DNA of 18,414 nt from Candidatus Hodarchaeota archaeon (GTDB lineage: Archaea; Asgardarchaeota; Heimdallarchaeia; Hodarchaeales; Hodarchaeaceae), in NCBI GenBank assembly GCA_016839785.1, contig JAEOTQ010000081.1:1-18414 (forward strand), given 5' to 3'. Positions 8,168 through 16,315 of the stretch are shown here, in pieces; position 1 is the stretch's first letter; each line of letters begins with the position of its first letter. Below the pieces are notes generated by a model that saw only the letters and a program-made list of their open reading frames with translations, was not told where the DNA came from and did no database searches. Position numbers and translations under genes: made by a program.

Positions 8168-10354
8168 ATGAAACTATCTTTATGGGGAAGTATCATTTTA
8201 ATTCTCGTCTTTACTCTCTCAAATCGAGAAAATATTGACTTTTTATGCCCAGATATGTTAATGAAGAATCATCACCAGTCAAAAATCACTTTAATTGGTA
8301 AAAAATCAACAGTTGCACCTTTATTCCCATTTTCTAATAATTTTGGCAATTTAACAAGTCATGATGAACCAGTTTACAGTGTAGCCTTTTCTCCAGATGA
8401 AAAAGTTCTTGCTTCTTCAGGGGGAGATGGATCTATTCATTTATGGAATATTTCGGATGGTACAATAATTTCTAAGCTACAAAGCCATTTTTACGATGTA
8501 ATTACAGTTGATTTTTCTTCAAACGGTAAGACACTTGCTTCCGCGGGTCGGTTTGATAAAAAAGTAAATATCTGGGATATACCCTCAAAAAAACTCGTAA
8601 AAACTTGGAATCATACATTTACGGGTCGAAACCTAGCTTTTTCACCCATTAATAACAATATATTAGCTATCCCTAAGAATAATTCAGTTATTATCAAAAA
8701 TATAACAACTGGTGTCATTGTTCAGACCCTGATTGGACATACAGGCCTTGTCACTTCTATAGCTTTTTCACCCGATGGATCATTGATTGCTTCAGGATCT
8801 ACGGACAATACTGTTAAATTATGGAACGTGTCATCTGGAGTAGAGGTTAGAACCTTTTCAGGCCATTCTGATGACATTCACACGTTGGCCATTTCTGCCA
8901 ATGCACAGATAATCGCCACTGGTGGGAAAGATTCAAAAATTATTGTCTGGGATGTAAGCACGGGAGGGGCCCTTCAAACGCTCCTCAGCCACGAAGGAGC
9001 GGTTAATTCACTGGAATTTTATCCTTTGGATCCCGCAATTATAGTTTCGGGAGGAGGAAGTGTTACGTATGATTCACCAATTAAATTTTGGAATATAACC
9101 TCTGGGAAATTAGTGGATTCACTTATAGGGCATCAAGATACCGTTAATACTATTGCATTTTCTCATAATGGAAAATTTCTAGCCTCGGGTAGTAGTGATC
9201 GTGTAATTAAACTTTGGGGAAATTTTCCTTCCCTGTTTATTAATACTTCAATTGATTACTGGCCTACTTCTACTCCTGAAGATCAGAACCTGAATTCATC
9301 ATTATTGGATCAAATCTATTTCCCTGAATTACATAGTCTATTAGTTCTACGAAATGGGAAGCTAGTTCATGAGAAGTATTATACTGGGGATAGATATCAG
9401 TTCACTAGCAAATCTAAACATGCTCTTTTCTCTGTAACTAAAAGCTTCACCTCAACTCTGATTGGGATTGCACTTGACAAGGGATTCATTAGTAATATCA
9501 ATCAAAAAGTCCTTGATTTCTTTCCAGAGAAGACCTTCTGTAATATGAATTCTTTAAAAGAAGCAATCACTATTGAGCATCTCCTTACGATGACAACTGG
9601 ATTAGATTGGTACGATAAAGTCGATTATTTACCTCTAGCTTGTAGTTTAGATATGGTGCAATTTACGCTAGATAGACCTATGAGAAGTGAACCTGGCTCC
9701 GAAGTGAATTATAACAGCGGAGCCTCTCATCTTTTGGCTGTAATCCTACAAAAAGTGTCAGGTCTTCCTATAATGGAATTTGCATTGAAATATCTTTTTG
9801 AACCCTTAGCCATAGAAAAATCTGATATATCGTGGATGGCGAATTCTCTTGGCCAAGTTCTTGGAGGTAATGGGTTATATCTAACCCCTCGTAATATGGC
9901 GAAATTAGGCCAGCTTTATTTGAATAACGGTTCTTGGAACGGGCAAGATATTGTGTCTACTAATTGGATTACTGTTTCTACCAGTAATCATGGAGTTTTT
10001 CGGCATCATCCGTATTCTATAACAGCGCCCATGCAATATGGGTATCATTGGTGGCCCTATGAGAGTACGTGTTTTAATGGATATTATGCACAAGGATCTG
10101 ATGGACAATTCATTTTTGTAATACCTCAATACAATCTAGTAATTGTCTGCACTTCTGGCGTATGGTGGCGTGATGCATACTTTTTTGCGGATAAAATTTT
10201 CAAAGCGATTATTCCTGACTCAGATCAAGTTTCAGTCTCCACAACTGATGACATAAAAAAATCGACGGATATCACTCAATCCACAAATTGGCTATCTATA
10301 CTCCCGATTTCCCTATCTTTGATTCTGCTCGTACTATTCCGAAAACGTCCATAG
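8168..10354 (+). CDS. Exported WD40-repeat / beta-lactamase-family (class C-like) serine hydrolase fusion with C-terminal TM anchor
   Basis: Signal-like N-terminus; about 7 WD40 repeats (GHTGLVTSIAFSPDGSLIASGSTDNTVKLWN); SxxK (SVTK), HLLTMTTG, YNS, LTPRNMAKLGQLYL, YGYHWW; Ser/Thr linker, TM, FRKRP. Confidence 0.9.
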   Translation: MKLSLWGSIILILVFTLSNRENIDFLCPDMLMKNHHQSKITLIGKKSTVAPLFPFSNNFGNLTSHDEPVYSVAFSPDEKVLASSGGDGSIHLWNISDGTIISKLQSHFYDVITVDFSSNGKTLASAGRFDKKVNIWDIPSKKLVKTWNHTFTGRNLAFSPINNNILAIPKNNSVIIKNITTGVIVQTLIGHTGLVTSIAFSPDGSLIASGSTDNTVKLWNVSSGVEVRTFSGHSDDIHTLAISANAQIIATGGKDSKIIVWDVSTGGALQTLLSHEGAVNSLEFYPLDPAIIVSGGGSVTYDSPIKFWNITSGKLVDSLIGHQDTVNTIAFSHNGKFLASGSSDRVIKLWGNFPSLFINTSIDYWPTSTPEDQNLNSSLLDQIYFPELHSLLVLRNGKLVHEKYYTGDRYQFTSKSKHALFSVTKSFTSTLIGIALDKGFISNINQKVLDFFPEKTFCNMNSLKEAITIEHLLTMTTGLDWYDKVDYLPLACSLDMVQFTLDRPMRSEPGSEVNYNSGASHLLAVILQKVSGLPIMEFALKYLFEPLAIEKSDISWMANSLGQVLGGNGLYLTPRNMAKLGQLYLNNGSWNGQDIVSTNWITVSTSNHGVFRHHPYSITAPMQYGYHWWPYESTCFNGYYAQGSDGQFIFVIPQYNLVIVCTSGVWWRDAYFFADKIFKAIIPDSDQVSVSTTDDIKKSTDITQSTNWLSILPISLSLILLVLFRKRP

Positions 10355-10403
10355 TTTTTCCTAGCTAAGCATTTTTTCTGGAATGTATACTTTGAATTTT
10401 GAT

Positions 10404-10673
10404 ACTCTATTAGACTCCTTAAGACAATTTTTAATAGTAAACGAGAGGACTGACCCTTTCCACACTATTTTCCAATTAGTAGCCCGTGTGCGATTAGTGG
10501 CAGCGTATTAGAAAACACTAAACATATCGGAAAACCCGCCACGCGTATTTTTTATAGGAAAAACTGCTCTAGCAACGGGATTTTTCTCTAGAAAGATCCC
10601 AGCACTCGTTTACCATCTCATGGTTATCGGTGCCAATCCCCATGGCATATCGCTGATGGCAAAATGGATTCAT
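10404..10673 (+). repeat. Intergenic structured element, copy 5 (long form, candidate ncRNA)
   Basis: GACTCCTTAAG at 10413, core 10440-10463, AGCCCGTGTGCGATTAGTGGCAGC, and a ~170 nt extension shared with copy 7, including a 26-nt exact match (10596-10621 = 13465-13490). Confidence 0.9.
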
Positions 10674-10693
10674 CCTTTCAAGGTTCGTTACGT

Positions 10694-11734
10694 TCATTTA
10701 ATTAGATTTGCTGTTTTTTGAATAGCTCGTTCTGCATCCTGGGTTATCCTATCGATTATTGAGGCGACTCCTTTGATACTATCGATAAGCCCAATACTTT
10801 GCCCAAGGAGGACAGCCCCATCATGGATATTACCTTGATAAGCTAAATCATAAGCTTGAGCTGCTTTAGCTAACTCTTCCGTACTCATTACTACTTCCTG
10901 AGCTAATTTTTCTTCTTTTTTAGTTACACGATTATGTCCTAGACTATACTTATTCTTCCAAAGGCGAATCGGCCCTAAAATCCCTGTCACAAGCGTTGTA
11001 TCTGGGGCTCTAGCAGGGGGAACGACGTTTTTATAAACCTCATGGAATTCGCATTCTTTAGAAGCGATAAATCTGGACCCCATGGCGATTGCTCCTGCAC
11101 CGAGGGATAAGGCGGAAGCTAAACCTTCCCCTGTAGCAAATCCGCCACAGGCTATCCGAGGTATAAGGGGAAATCGTTGCTGGACTTGCTGGAGAAGGAC
11201 AAGGGTACTTACATTTTCATAAGACTGGTGGCCCCCTCCTTCACTCCCTGTGACTACTAATCCATCAACCCCAGCATCCACACATTTCTCTGCTAACCAG
11301 AGGGCAGGTGCAACGTGAAAATGGACAATCTGCGAGACCTCTTTTAGCTCTTGGAACGTTTTCGATTGGGGAAGTACTTTAGCGGACCCTGCACTAGTTA
11401 AAACGTATCGACACTGTTCTTTAATTTTAGGATTATCCAGAATGAATTCTGGAATTTCATCACACAAAGTCTTGGCATATGGCTCTAATCGAGAAGTTCT
11501 TATATTAAATCCAAAAGGTTTGTCGGTATGCTCAACGACATATTGCATATTTTGTTTCATTTCTTCAATCGGATCTTTATCCTTGCTTAAGAGGCCAATT
11601 TGAGATAAGACACCTAATCCTCCCGCTTCAGAGACAGCTACAGTTAAATGTGTAGTATGGAAGGGAGCCATGGGCGCAGCAATTATAGGATACTTAATTC
11701 CTAACATTTTTGTGATCTGTGTTTCGAATGGCAT
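10694..11734 (-). CDS. Nitronate monooxygenase / FabK-like FMN-dependent oxidoreductase
   Basis: LGIKYPIIAAPMA, AVSEAGGLGVL, TDKPFGFNI, GSEGGGH, IACGG...LSLGAGAIAMGSRFIASKE, GQSIGLI. Confidence 0.92.
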   Translation of the reverse strand: MPFETQITKMLGIKYPIIAAPMAPFHTTHLTVAVSEAGGLGVLSQIGLLSKDKDPIEEMKQNMQYVVEHTDKPFGFNIRTSRLEPYAKTLCDEIPEFILDNPKIKEQCRYVLTSAGSAKVLPQSKTFQELKEVSQIVHFHVAPALWLAEKCVDAGVDGLVVTGSEGGGHQSYENVSTLVLLQQVQQRFPLIPRIACGGFATGEGLASALSLGAGAIAMGSRFIASKECEFHEVYKNVVPPARAPDTTLVTGILGPIRLWKNKYSLGHNRVTKKEEKLAQEVVMSTEELAKAAQAYDLAYQGNIHDGAVLLGQSIGLIDSIKGVASIIDRITQDAERAIQKTANLIK

Positions 11735-11870
11735 TACTCTTCAATGAAATAAGGAATTTTTCAAAAGGTTTCTGAAATGAAGAATATGAAGAATATGAAA
11801 AACTTGATTATTGGATTTGTACCTAACATATAGGATCAAAACAACAGGCAAATAAAAGAACTAGAAGGAG

Positions 11871-11993
11871 GTGACCTTCAGATATAAGACCAGAAACCAC
11901 TTCAAACATACTTTTACGACTCCTTAAGGCTTTTTCCTAGAAATACGTGAGGACTGAAAATTTCCACCTTTCTAGTAAGAAATATCCAGTGGG
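11871..11993 (+). repeat. Intergenic structured element, copy 6
   Basis: AGATATAAGACCAGAA 11880-11895, GACTCCTTAAGG 11918-11929, core TACGTGAGGACTGAAAATTTCCAC 11944-11967, hairpin TTTCT-agta-AGAAA. Confidence 0.85.
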
Positions 11994-12144
11994 TGAGGAG
12001 AACCAAAACGCTTCTAAGAATGCTTAAGGTTAATATGAGTACGAAATGAAACGAACTTTTCATAACGAAATGTACATTCACCGAATTTCTGTAATCTGAA
12101 AATATTTAAACGACTTTTGAAAGAGAGACAACTTGTGATTTTAT

Positions 12145-12495
12145 ATGGTAACTCAACAACAAGAAAGAATACTAATTAGTACAACCTATGAGATTCCTGG
12201 ATATAAGATTGATCAGCATTTTGGATTAGCATTTGGCGCGACGGTAAGAAGTCGTGGAATGGGAGGCGATTGTTTGGCGGGTTGCCAATCATCTTGTGGA
12301 GGCGAAGTCACTGCATTTACCGAAATGGCACTTGAGGCAAGAAATCAGGCGATTAATCGCATGTTTGAGGATGCAGCTCGGATGGGGGCGAATGCGATTA
12401 TTGGATTAAAGTTCGACAGTGATCAAATCGGTCAAGGTGGCAATACCGCAACAATTGCTTATGGAACCGCGGTTAGAGTATCACCAGTCCGATAA
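12145..12495 (+). CDS. YbjQ/UPF0145 family protein
   Basis: STTYEIPGYKI, GLAFGATVRSR, GGEV..FTEM..EARNQAINRM...A..MGANAIIGLKFD, AYGTAV. Confidence 0.92.
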   Translation: MVTQQQERILISTTYEIPGYKIDQHFGLAFGATVRSRGMGGDCLAGCQSSCGGEVTAFTEMALEARNQAINRMFEDAARMGANAIIGLKFDSDQIGQGGNTATIAYGTAVRVSPVR

Positions 12496-12497
12496 CG

Positions 12498-13112
12498 GTG
12501 AATACGATAAATTTATCCATCACAATTAAGTTGTTACTTAAACGTTGGCAATTATCTTGGCGTTTTAGGTTCGCTCACCATCCAATATGCGCGAATTACC
12601 AGACTCATATCTGGAAAATCGGAGGCCTCTATCTTTGCCAGGGGTGCAGCCTGGTTTACATTTCTTTCTTAATAACACTATTGTTGCTAATCAATTTTCA
12701 AATGACTTTTCTCTCAATCCAATATTTATCCCTAGGAATAGGTCTTTTAGTACCGATTCTATTAATTGAAAAATATGATATCAATCAAAGAATTACTAAA
12801 CGATTAGCAAGAATAGCAACGGGTATTGGATTAGGAGTTTCTTTTTCGGCATTTATGCTTCATCCAGACATCATTATCAAGTTTGTAGGACTCATCATCA
12901 CGATAGGGGGATTTTATACATTCAAAGCTATTAGACGTACAAAGCAGAAAGTGGATAAGTGTCAAACATGTGCCGACCACCAAAGTCATAAAATATGCTA
13001 TGGGTTACTTTTGGAATCCGAGGCAATGAGAAAGTATTCAGAATATGCCTCTGATTTATTACAAGCCGACTTGAAAGCTGCTTTCGCAAAAAAAATCCAA
13101 TCAGACGCGTAA
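12498..13112 (+). CDS. Cys/His-rich multi-pass membrane protein (DUF2085-like), probably co-transcribed with the YbjQ-family gene
   Basis: Starts 2 nt after the YbjQ stop. HHPIC..YQTH...LCQGC, then about 4 TM helices, then CQTC..H....C. Confidence 0.7.
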   Translation: MNTINLSITIKLLLKRWQLSWRFRFAHHPICANYQTHIWKIGGLYLCQGCSLVYISFLITLLLLINFQMTFLSIQYLSLGIGLLVPILLIEKYDINQRITKRLARIATGIGLGVSFSAFMLHPDIIIKFVGLIITIGGFYTFKAIRRTKQKVDKCQTCADHQSHKICYGLLLESEAMRKYSEYASDLLQADLKAAFAKKIQSDA

Positions 13113-13266
13113 TTTGTGTGTAGAATTTACCTTACTGAAGGTAAAAAGAGAGGAGAAAGTGAGGATTATGCCTCAAGAGCTTCTAACCTCAACATCTATT
13201 GGAAAGAAATTAGCAGATGGGTGAGGAATAAAGATGAGAACTCTTAGTATATACGTCCCTATGAGC

Positions 13267-13543
13267 GTGACTGTCAGAGACAAAGCCAGAACTGTAATCA
13301 ACACACTTATTACGACTCCTTGAGGTTTTTTCCTAGAAATACGAGATGACTGAAAATTTCTACACTATTTTAAGAATAGTAGCCCGTGTGCGATTAGTGG
13401 GAGCCAGCTAAACATGTCGAAAAACCTCCACGCGTACACCACTGCTCTATCAAAGGGATGTTCTATCCCAGCACTCGTTTACCATCTCATAGTTATCGTC
13501 GCCAATCCCCATGGCTTTTCGCTGATGACAAAATGGATTCATT
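13267..13543 (+). repeat. Intergenic structured element, copy 7 (most complete form, about 277 nt, candidate ncRNA)
   Basis: Contains all blocks: AGAGACAAAGCCAGAA 13276-13291, GACTCCTTGAGG 13314-13325, core 13340-13363, hairpin ACTATT-ttaag-AATAGT, AGCCCGTGTGCGATTAGTGGGAG, and the extension to AAAATGGATTCAT. Confidence 0.9.
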
Positions 13544-13641
13544 TTCAGAGTTGTGAAAGGAATGAAAACTTCAAATATCTCTTTGTACTCTAAGACTCAC
13601 TTAGAATGAAATCAATATAAGATCTTGGGAGACAAATTGGT

Positions 13642-16131
13642 ATGACAAATTTAAATTTGAAAAAAAGCATGATTATCATATTAATTATGAATTTGGTTAT
13701 TAGTGGAAGTTTTATTCAGTTATTCGATCTCGATTATGATGTTAATCAAATATCAAGGAATAAAAATGATGGTAAGAAAAGAAAAAACGGATTATCTAGC
13801 AATACAAGATATGAAAATGAAATAAATCTAGCTATCCAAACATCAGGAATTATAACAGAGAATTATGACCAATTTCGTGAAGGAATATCAACCAATTTGA
13901 CAATAAGTGAAGAAAATGGAGTCCTACTAGAGAAAAGCATTGAGGAGTTAACATGGAAAGAAATCACCCTCCCAGAAAATAAACCAAGTGAAAGAATGGG
14001 CCATAAAATGGTCTATAATTCAAAATCCGACAAATACATACTGTTTGGAGGAACTGGTACGGAGGGTCTCAAAAACGATACATGGATCTATGATCCCCAA
14101 ACAAATATATGGACAGAAAAAGCTCCCTCAGTCGCACCAGCGGCAAGATATTATCACGATATGGTTTATGACCCAAAACAAGATAAGGTTATCTTATTTG
14201 GAGGGTATCTTGGGGGATCTCAACTGGGTGACACATGGGCATATGATCTAATTACAAATACATGGAGCGAAATGAATCCTTCAGTAAAACCAAGTCCAAG
14301 ATATTTCAATCTAATGATATATGATTCCTTTTCAGAAATAGTGTTATTATTTGGAGGCCGTGCAGGTGCGAGTAATTATAGAGATACTTGGATTTATGAC
14401 CTTGGATCAGATAATTGGACCAATATGAATCCTCCTACTTCCCCTCCTACAAGAATTGCAGGAGCGATGGCTTATAATTCATTATCCAATAAAGTAATAT
14501 TGTTTGGGGGGCATGTTGGTGGAAGTTCATTTCTTACTGATACTTGGATATATGAAGTAGCCGCAAATAATTGGACTCAAATGTTTCCTGACACTTCACC
14601 AGGGGCAAGACGGCTAGCAGGAGTGTGTTTTGATACGAGTATTGCTAAAACGGTAATATTTGGGGGATATGGGGCGTCGAGGTTTGGAGATACATGGACA
14701 TATGATCTTGTAACAAACACTTGGAATCAATTGGACCCATCAATCACGCCTCCAGCAAGAGATTCTCATACAATGGTTTATGATTCTAACTCTGAAAATA
14801 TACTTGTGTTTGGTGGACTCAGCGGTTCCTACTTGAATGATGCATGGATTTATCCTGAGGAGAAAATATGTAGAACTGGTATACTTCAATCTAGAATTAT
14901 TCCTTTAGGTAATATCTATAATATTACTGGAAATCTTATCTGGGATCCGTTAGTACAACCTCTAGGTACATCATTGAAACTCCAAATTGGTTTTTCCAAT
15001 ACTACACACAATGAGGATTTTGTATATACCAATTTAACGACAACGGAGATGATATTTACTCGTTTTGCCCAATATCTATGTTATAATGTAACTTTCGAAT
15101 CAGATATTGATCAACTTATTTCCCCAAATCTCAAGACTCTAACAATTGAATATCGATTAGATAATCCACAACCAGAAATTGAAATTATTAATCCCCCAAA
15201 TAATAGTATTGTTGAGGGGCTAGTAAGTATTACAGTACTCGCTAGTTCTCCCAATGGGATCACAAAAGTGGCCTTTTTTCTTGGTGGAACTTTACTGGTA
15301 TATGATTATACTGCCCCTTTTAAGTTCACATGGGATACCAGAGGGGTTAATAATGGAAATGTCTCACTTAGCGTGATTGCAACAACCGTTCTTGGAAGAG
15401 AGAATATTGATTCAATTCAACTTACAGTGGATAATCCTATTACTCCAGAATTAATTGAAACTACGTCAAGTCCTCCCCAAAATCTTTTAGCTATTGTTGA
15501 TGATTATTTCATTATATTAGATTGGACTCCTCCTAGTAATAATGGCGGATCCGCGATCTTATATTACAAAATCTATCGTGGAACCATTAGTGGGGAATAT
15601 TCGGAGCATGGTATATCCTCAAAAACAAACTATACTGATACGACAGTGAGTAGTGACACGAGGTATTATTATGTGGTAACTGCGGTTAACGATATCGGAG
15701 AAAGTTATTTTTCAGAGGAAACAAGTAGTATTCCTACAGGTGTAATAGAACCCACTCATAAGGCTCCGAGTATCCCTAGATTCCTTTCAGTTAACGCTGA
15801 GGATCAAATTGTGACACTAACATGGACTCCTCCTAGTGATGACGGCGGAGTTGATATTATCAAGTACCATGTCTATCGTGGTACTTCCAGTGGCTCGTAT
15901 ATGCTGATTGGAGTCGTAATAGGGGCACTTCAGCGGTATAATGATAGTTTAATTATCCGCGGGGATACCTATTATTATGTAGTAACTGCAGTAAATTCAT
16001 TTGGAGAAAGTCAATTCTCCAATGAGGTGAGTATCACAATACCTGGTGCAGCGGCTGGCACCTTTCCGGGACTGTTTACAGTCCTTTTGTCATTAATCGT
16101 AATTATAGGTATTACTCGAAAGCGTAAGTGA
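13642..16131 (+). CDS. Cell-surface Kelch-repeat / Ig-like / 2x fibronectin type III protein with C-terminal membrane anchor
   Basis: Six Kelch repeats (P..R..H.MVYD....KVILFGG.....DTW.YD..TN.W); Ig-like IINPPNNSIVEG...APFKFTWDT; two FN3 domains (LxWTPPS..GG..I..YxxYRG...YYYVVTAVN..GES); FPGL, TM, RKRK. Confidence 0.92.
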   Translation: MTNLNLKKSMIIILIMNLVISGSFIQLFDLDYDVNQISRNKNDGKKRKNGLSSNTRYENEINLAIQTSGIITENYDQFREGISTNLTISEENGVLLEKSIEELTWKEITLPENKPSERMGHKMVYNSKSDKYILFGGTGTEGLKNDTWIYDPQTNIWTEKAPSVAPAARYYHDMVYDPKQDKVILFGGYLGGSQLGDTWAYDLITNTWSEMNPSVKPSPRYFNLMIYDSFSEIVLLFGGRAGASNYRDTWIYDLGSDNWTNMNPPTSPPTRIAGAMAYNSLSNKVILFGGHVGGSSFLTDTWIYEVAANNWTQMFPDTSPGARRLAGVCFDTSIAKTVIFGGYGASRFGDTWTYDLVTNTWNQLDPSITPPARDSHTMVYDSNSENILVFGGLSGSYLNDAWIYPEEKICRTGILQSRIIPLGNIYNITGNLIWDPLVQPLGTSLKLQIGFSNTTHNEDFVYTNLTTTEMIFTRFAQYLCYNVTFESDIDQLISPNLKTLTIEYRLDNPQPEIEIINPPNNSIVEGLVSITVLASSPNGITKVAFFLGGTLLVYDYTAPFKFTWDTRGVNNGNVSLSVIATTVLGRENIDSIQLTVDNPITPELIETTSSPPQNLLAIVDDYFIILDWTPPSNNGGSAILYYKIYRGTISGEYSEHGISSKTNYTDTTVSSDTRYYYVVTAVNDIGESYFSEETSSIPTGVIEPTHKAPSIPRFLSVNAEDQIVTLTWTPPSDDGGVDIIKYHVYRGTSSGSYMLIGVVIGALQRYNDSLIIRGDTYYYVVTAVNSFGESQFSNEVSITIPGAAAGTFPGLFTVLLSLIVIIGITRKRK

Positions 16132-16170
16132 TTCCTTTTTCCATGAGTGAAATATAAAGGACCTTGCTGG

Positions 16171-16246
16171 GCTTTCTAAAAAGAACGAGAGGACTGACAC
16201 TTTCCACTTTGTTTGAAGACAATAGCCCGTGTGCGATGAGTGGGAG
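16171..16246 (+). repeat. Intergenic structured element, copy 8
   Basis: Core AACGAGAGGACTGACACTTTCCAC 16184-16207, hairpin TTGT...ACAA, AGCCCGTGTGCGATGAGTGGGAG. Confidence 0.9.
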
Positions 16247-16315
16247 TGTAATGATCAAATGTAAGCTATCTTTTTCTTTCAAGAGGTCAAAATTGTAATT
16301 ACTTTTCTCTTCCTC

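Noticed and set aside
10481-10500. Group II intron resemblance (AGCCCGTGTGCGAT is similar to the domain V 5' arm or the GUGYG start)
   Set aside because: The complementary domain V 3' arm, GNRA loop and domain VI are not found, and there is no RT/maturase. The match is too short to call.
11990-13227. 10-bp direct repeat TGGGTGAGGA (11990, 13218) flanking the YbjQ unit, as a possible target-site duplication
   Set aside because: It is a single short match resembling an SD-like sequence, and I saw no equivalent around other units, so chance cannot be excluded.
13521-13560. Possible hammerhead core (CTGATGA...GAAA) at the end of copy 7
   Set aside because: Copy 5 has CTGATGG and lacks the downstream GAAA, and I could not build convincing stems I and III.
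2622-16246. Canonical integron attC sites
   Set aside because: No RYYYAAC/GTTRRRY terminal boxes and no single long palindrome. Genes face both directions and no IntI is in the window.
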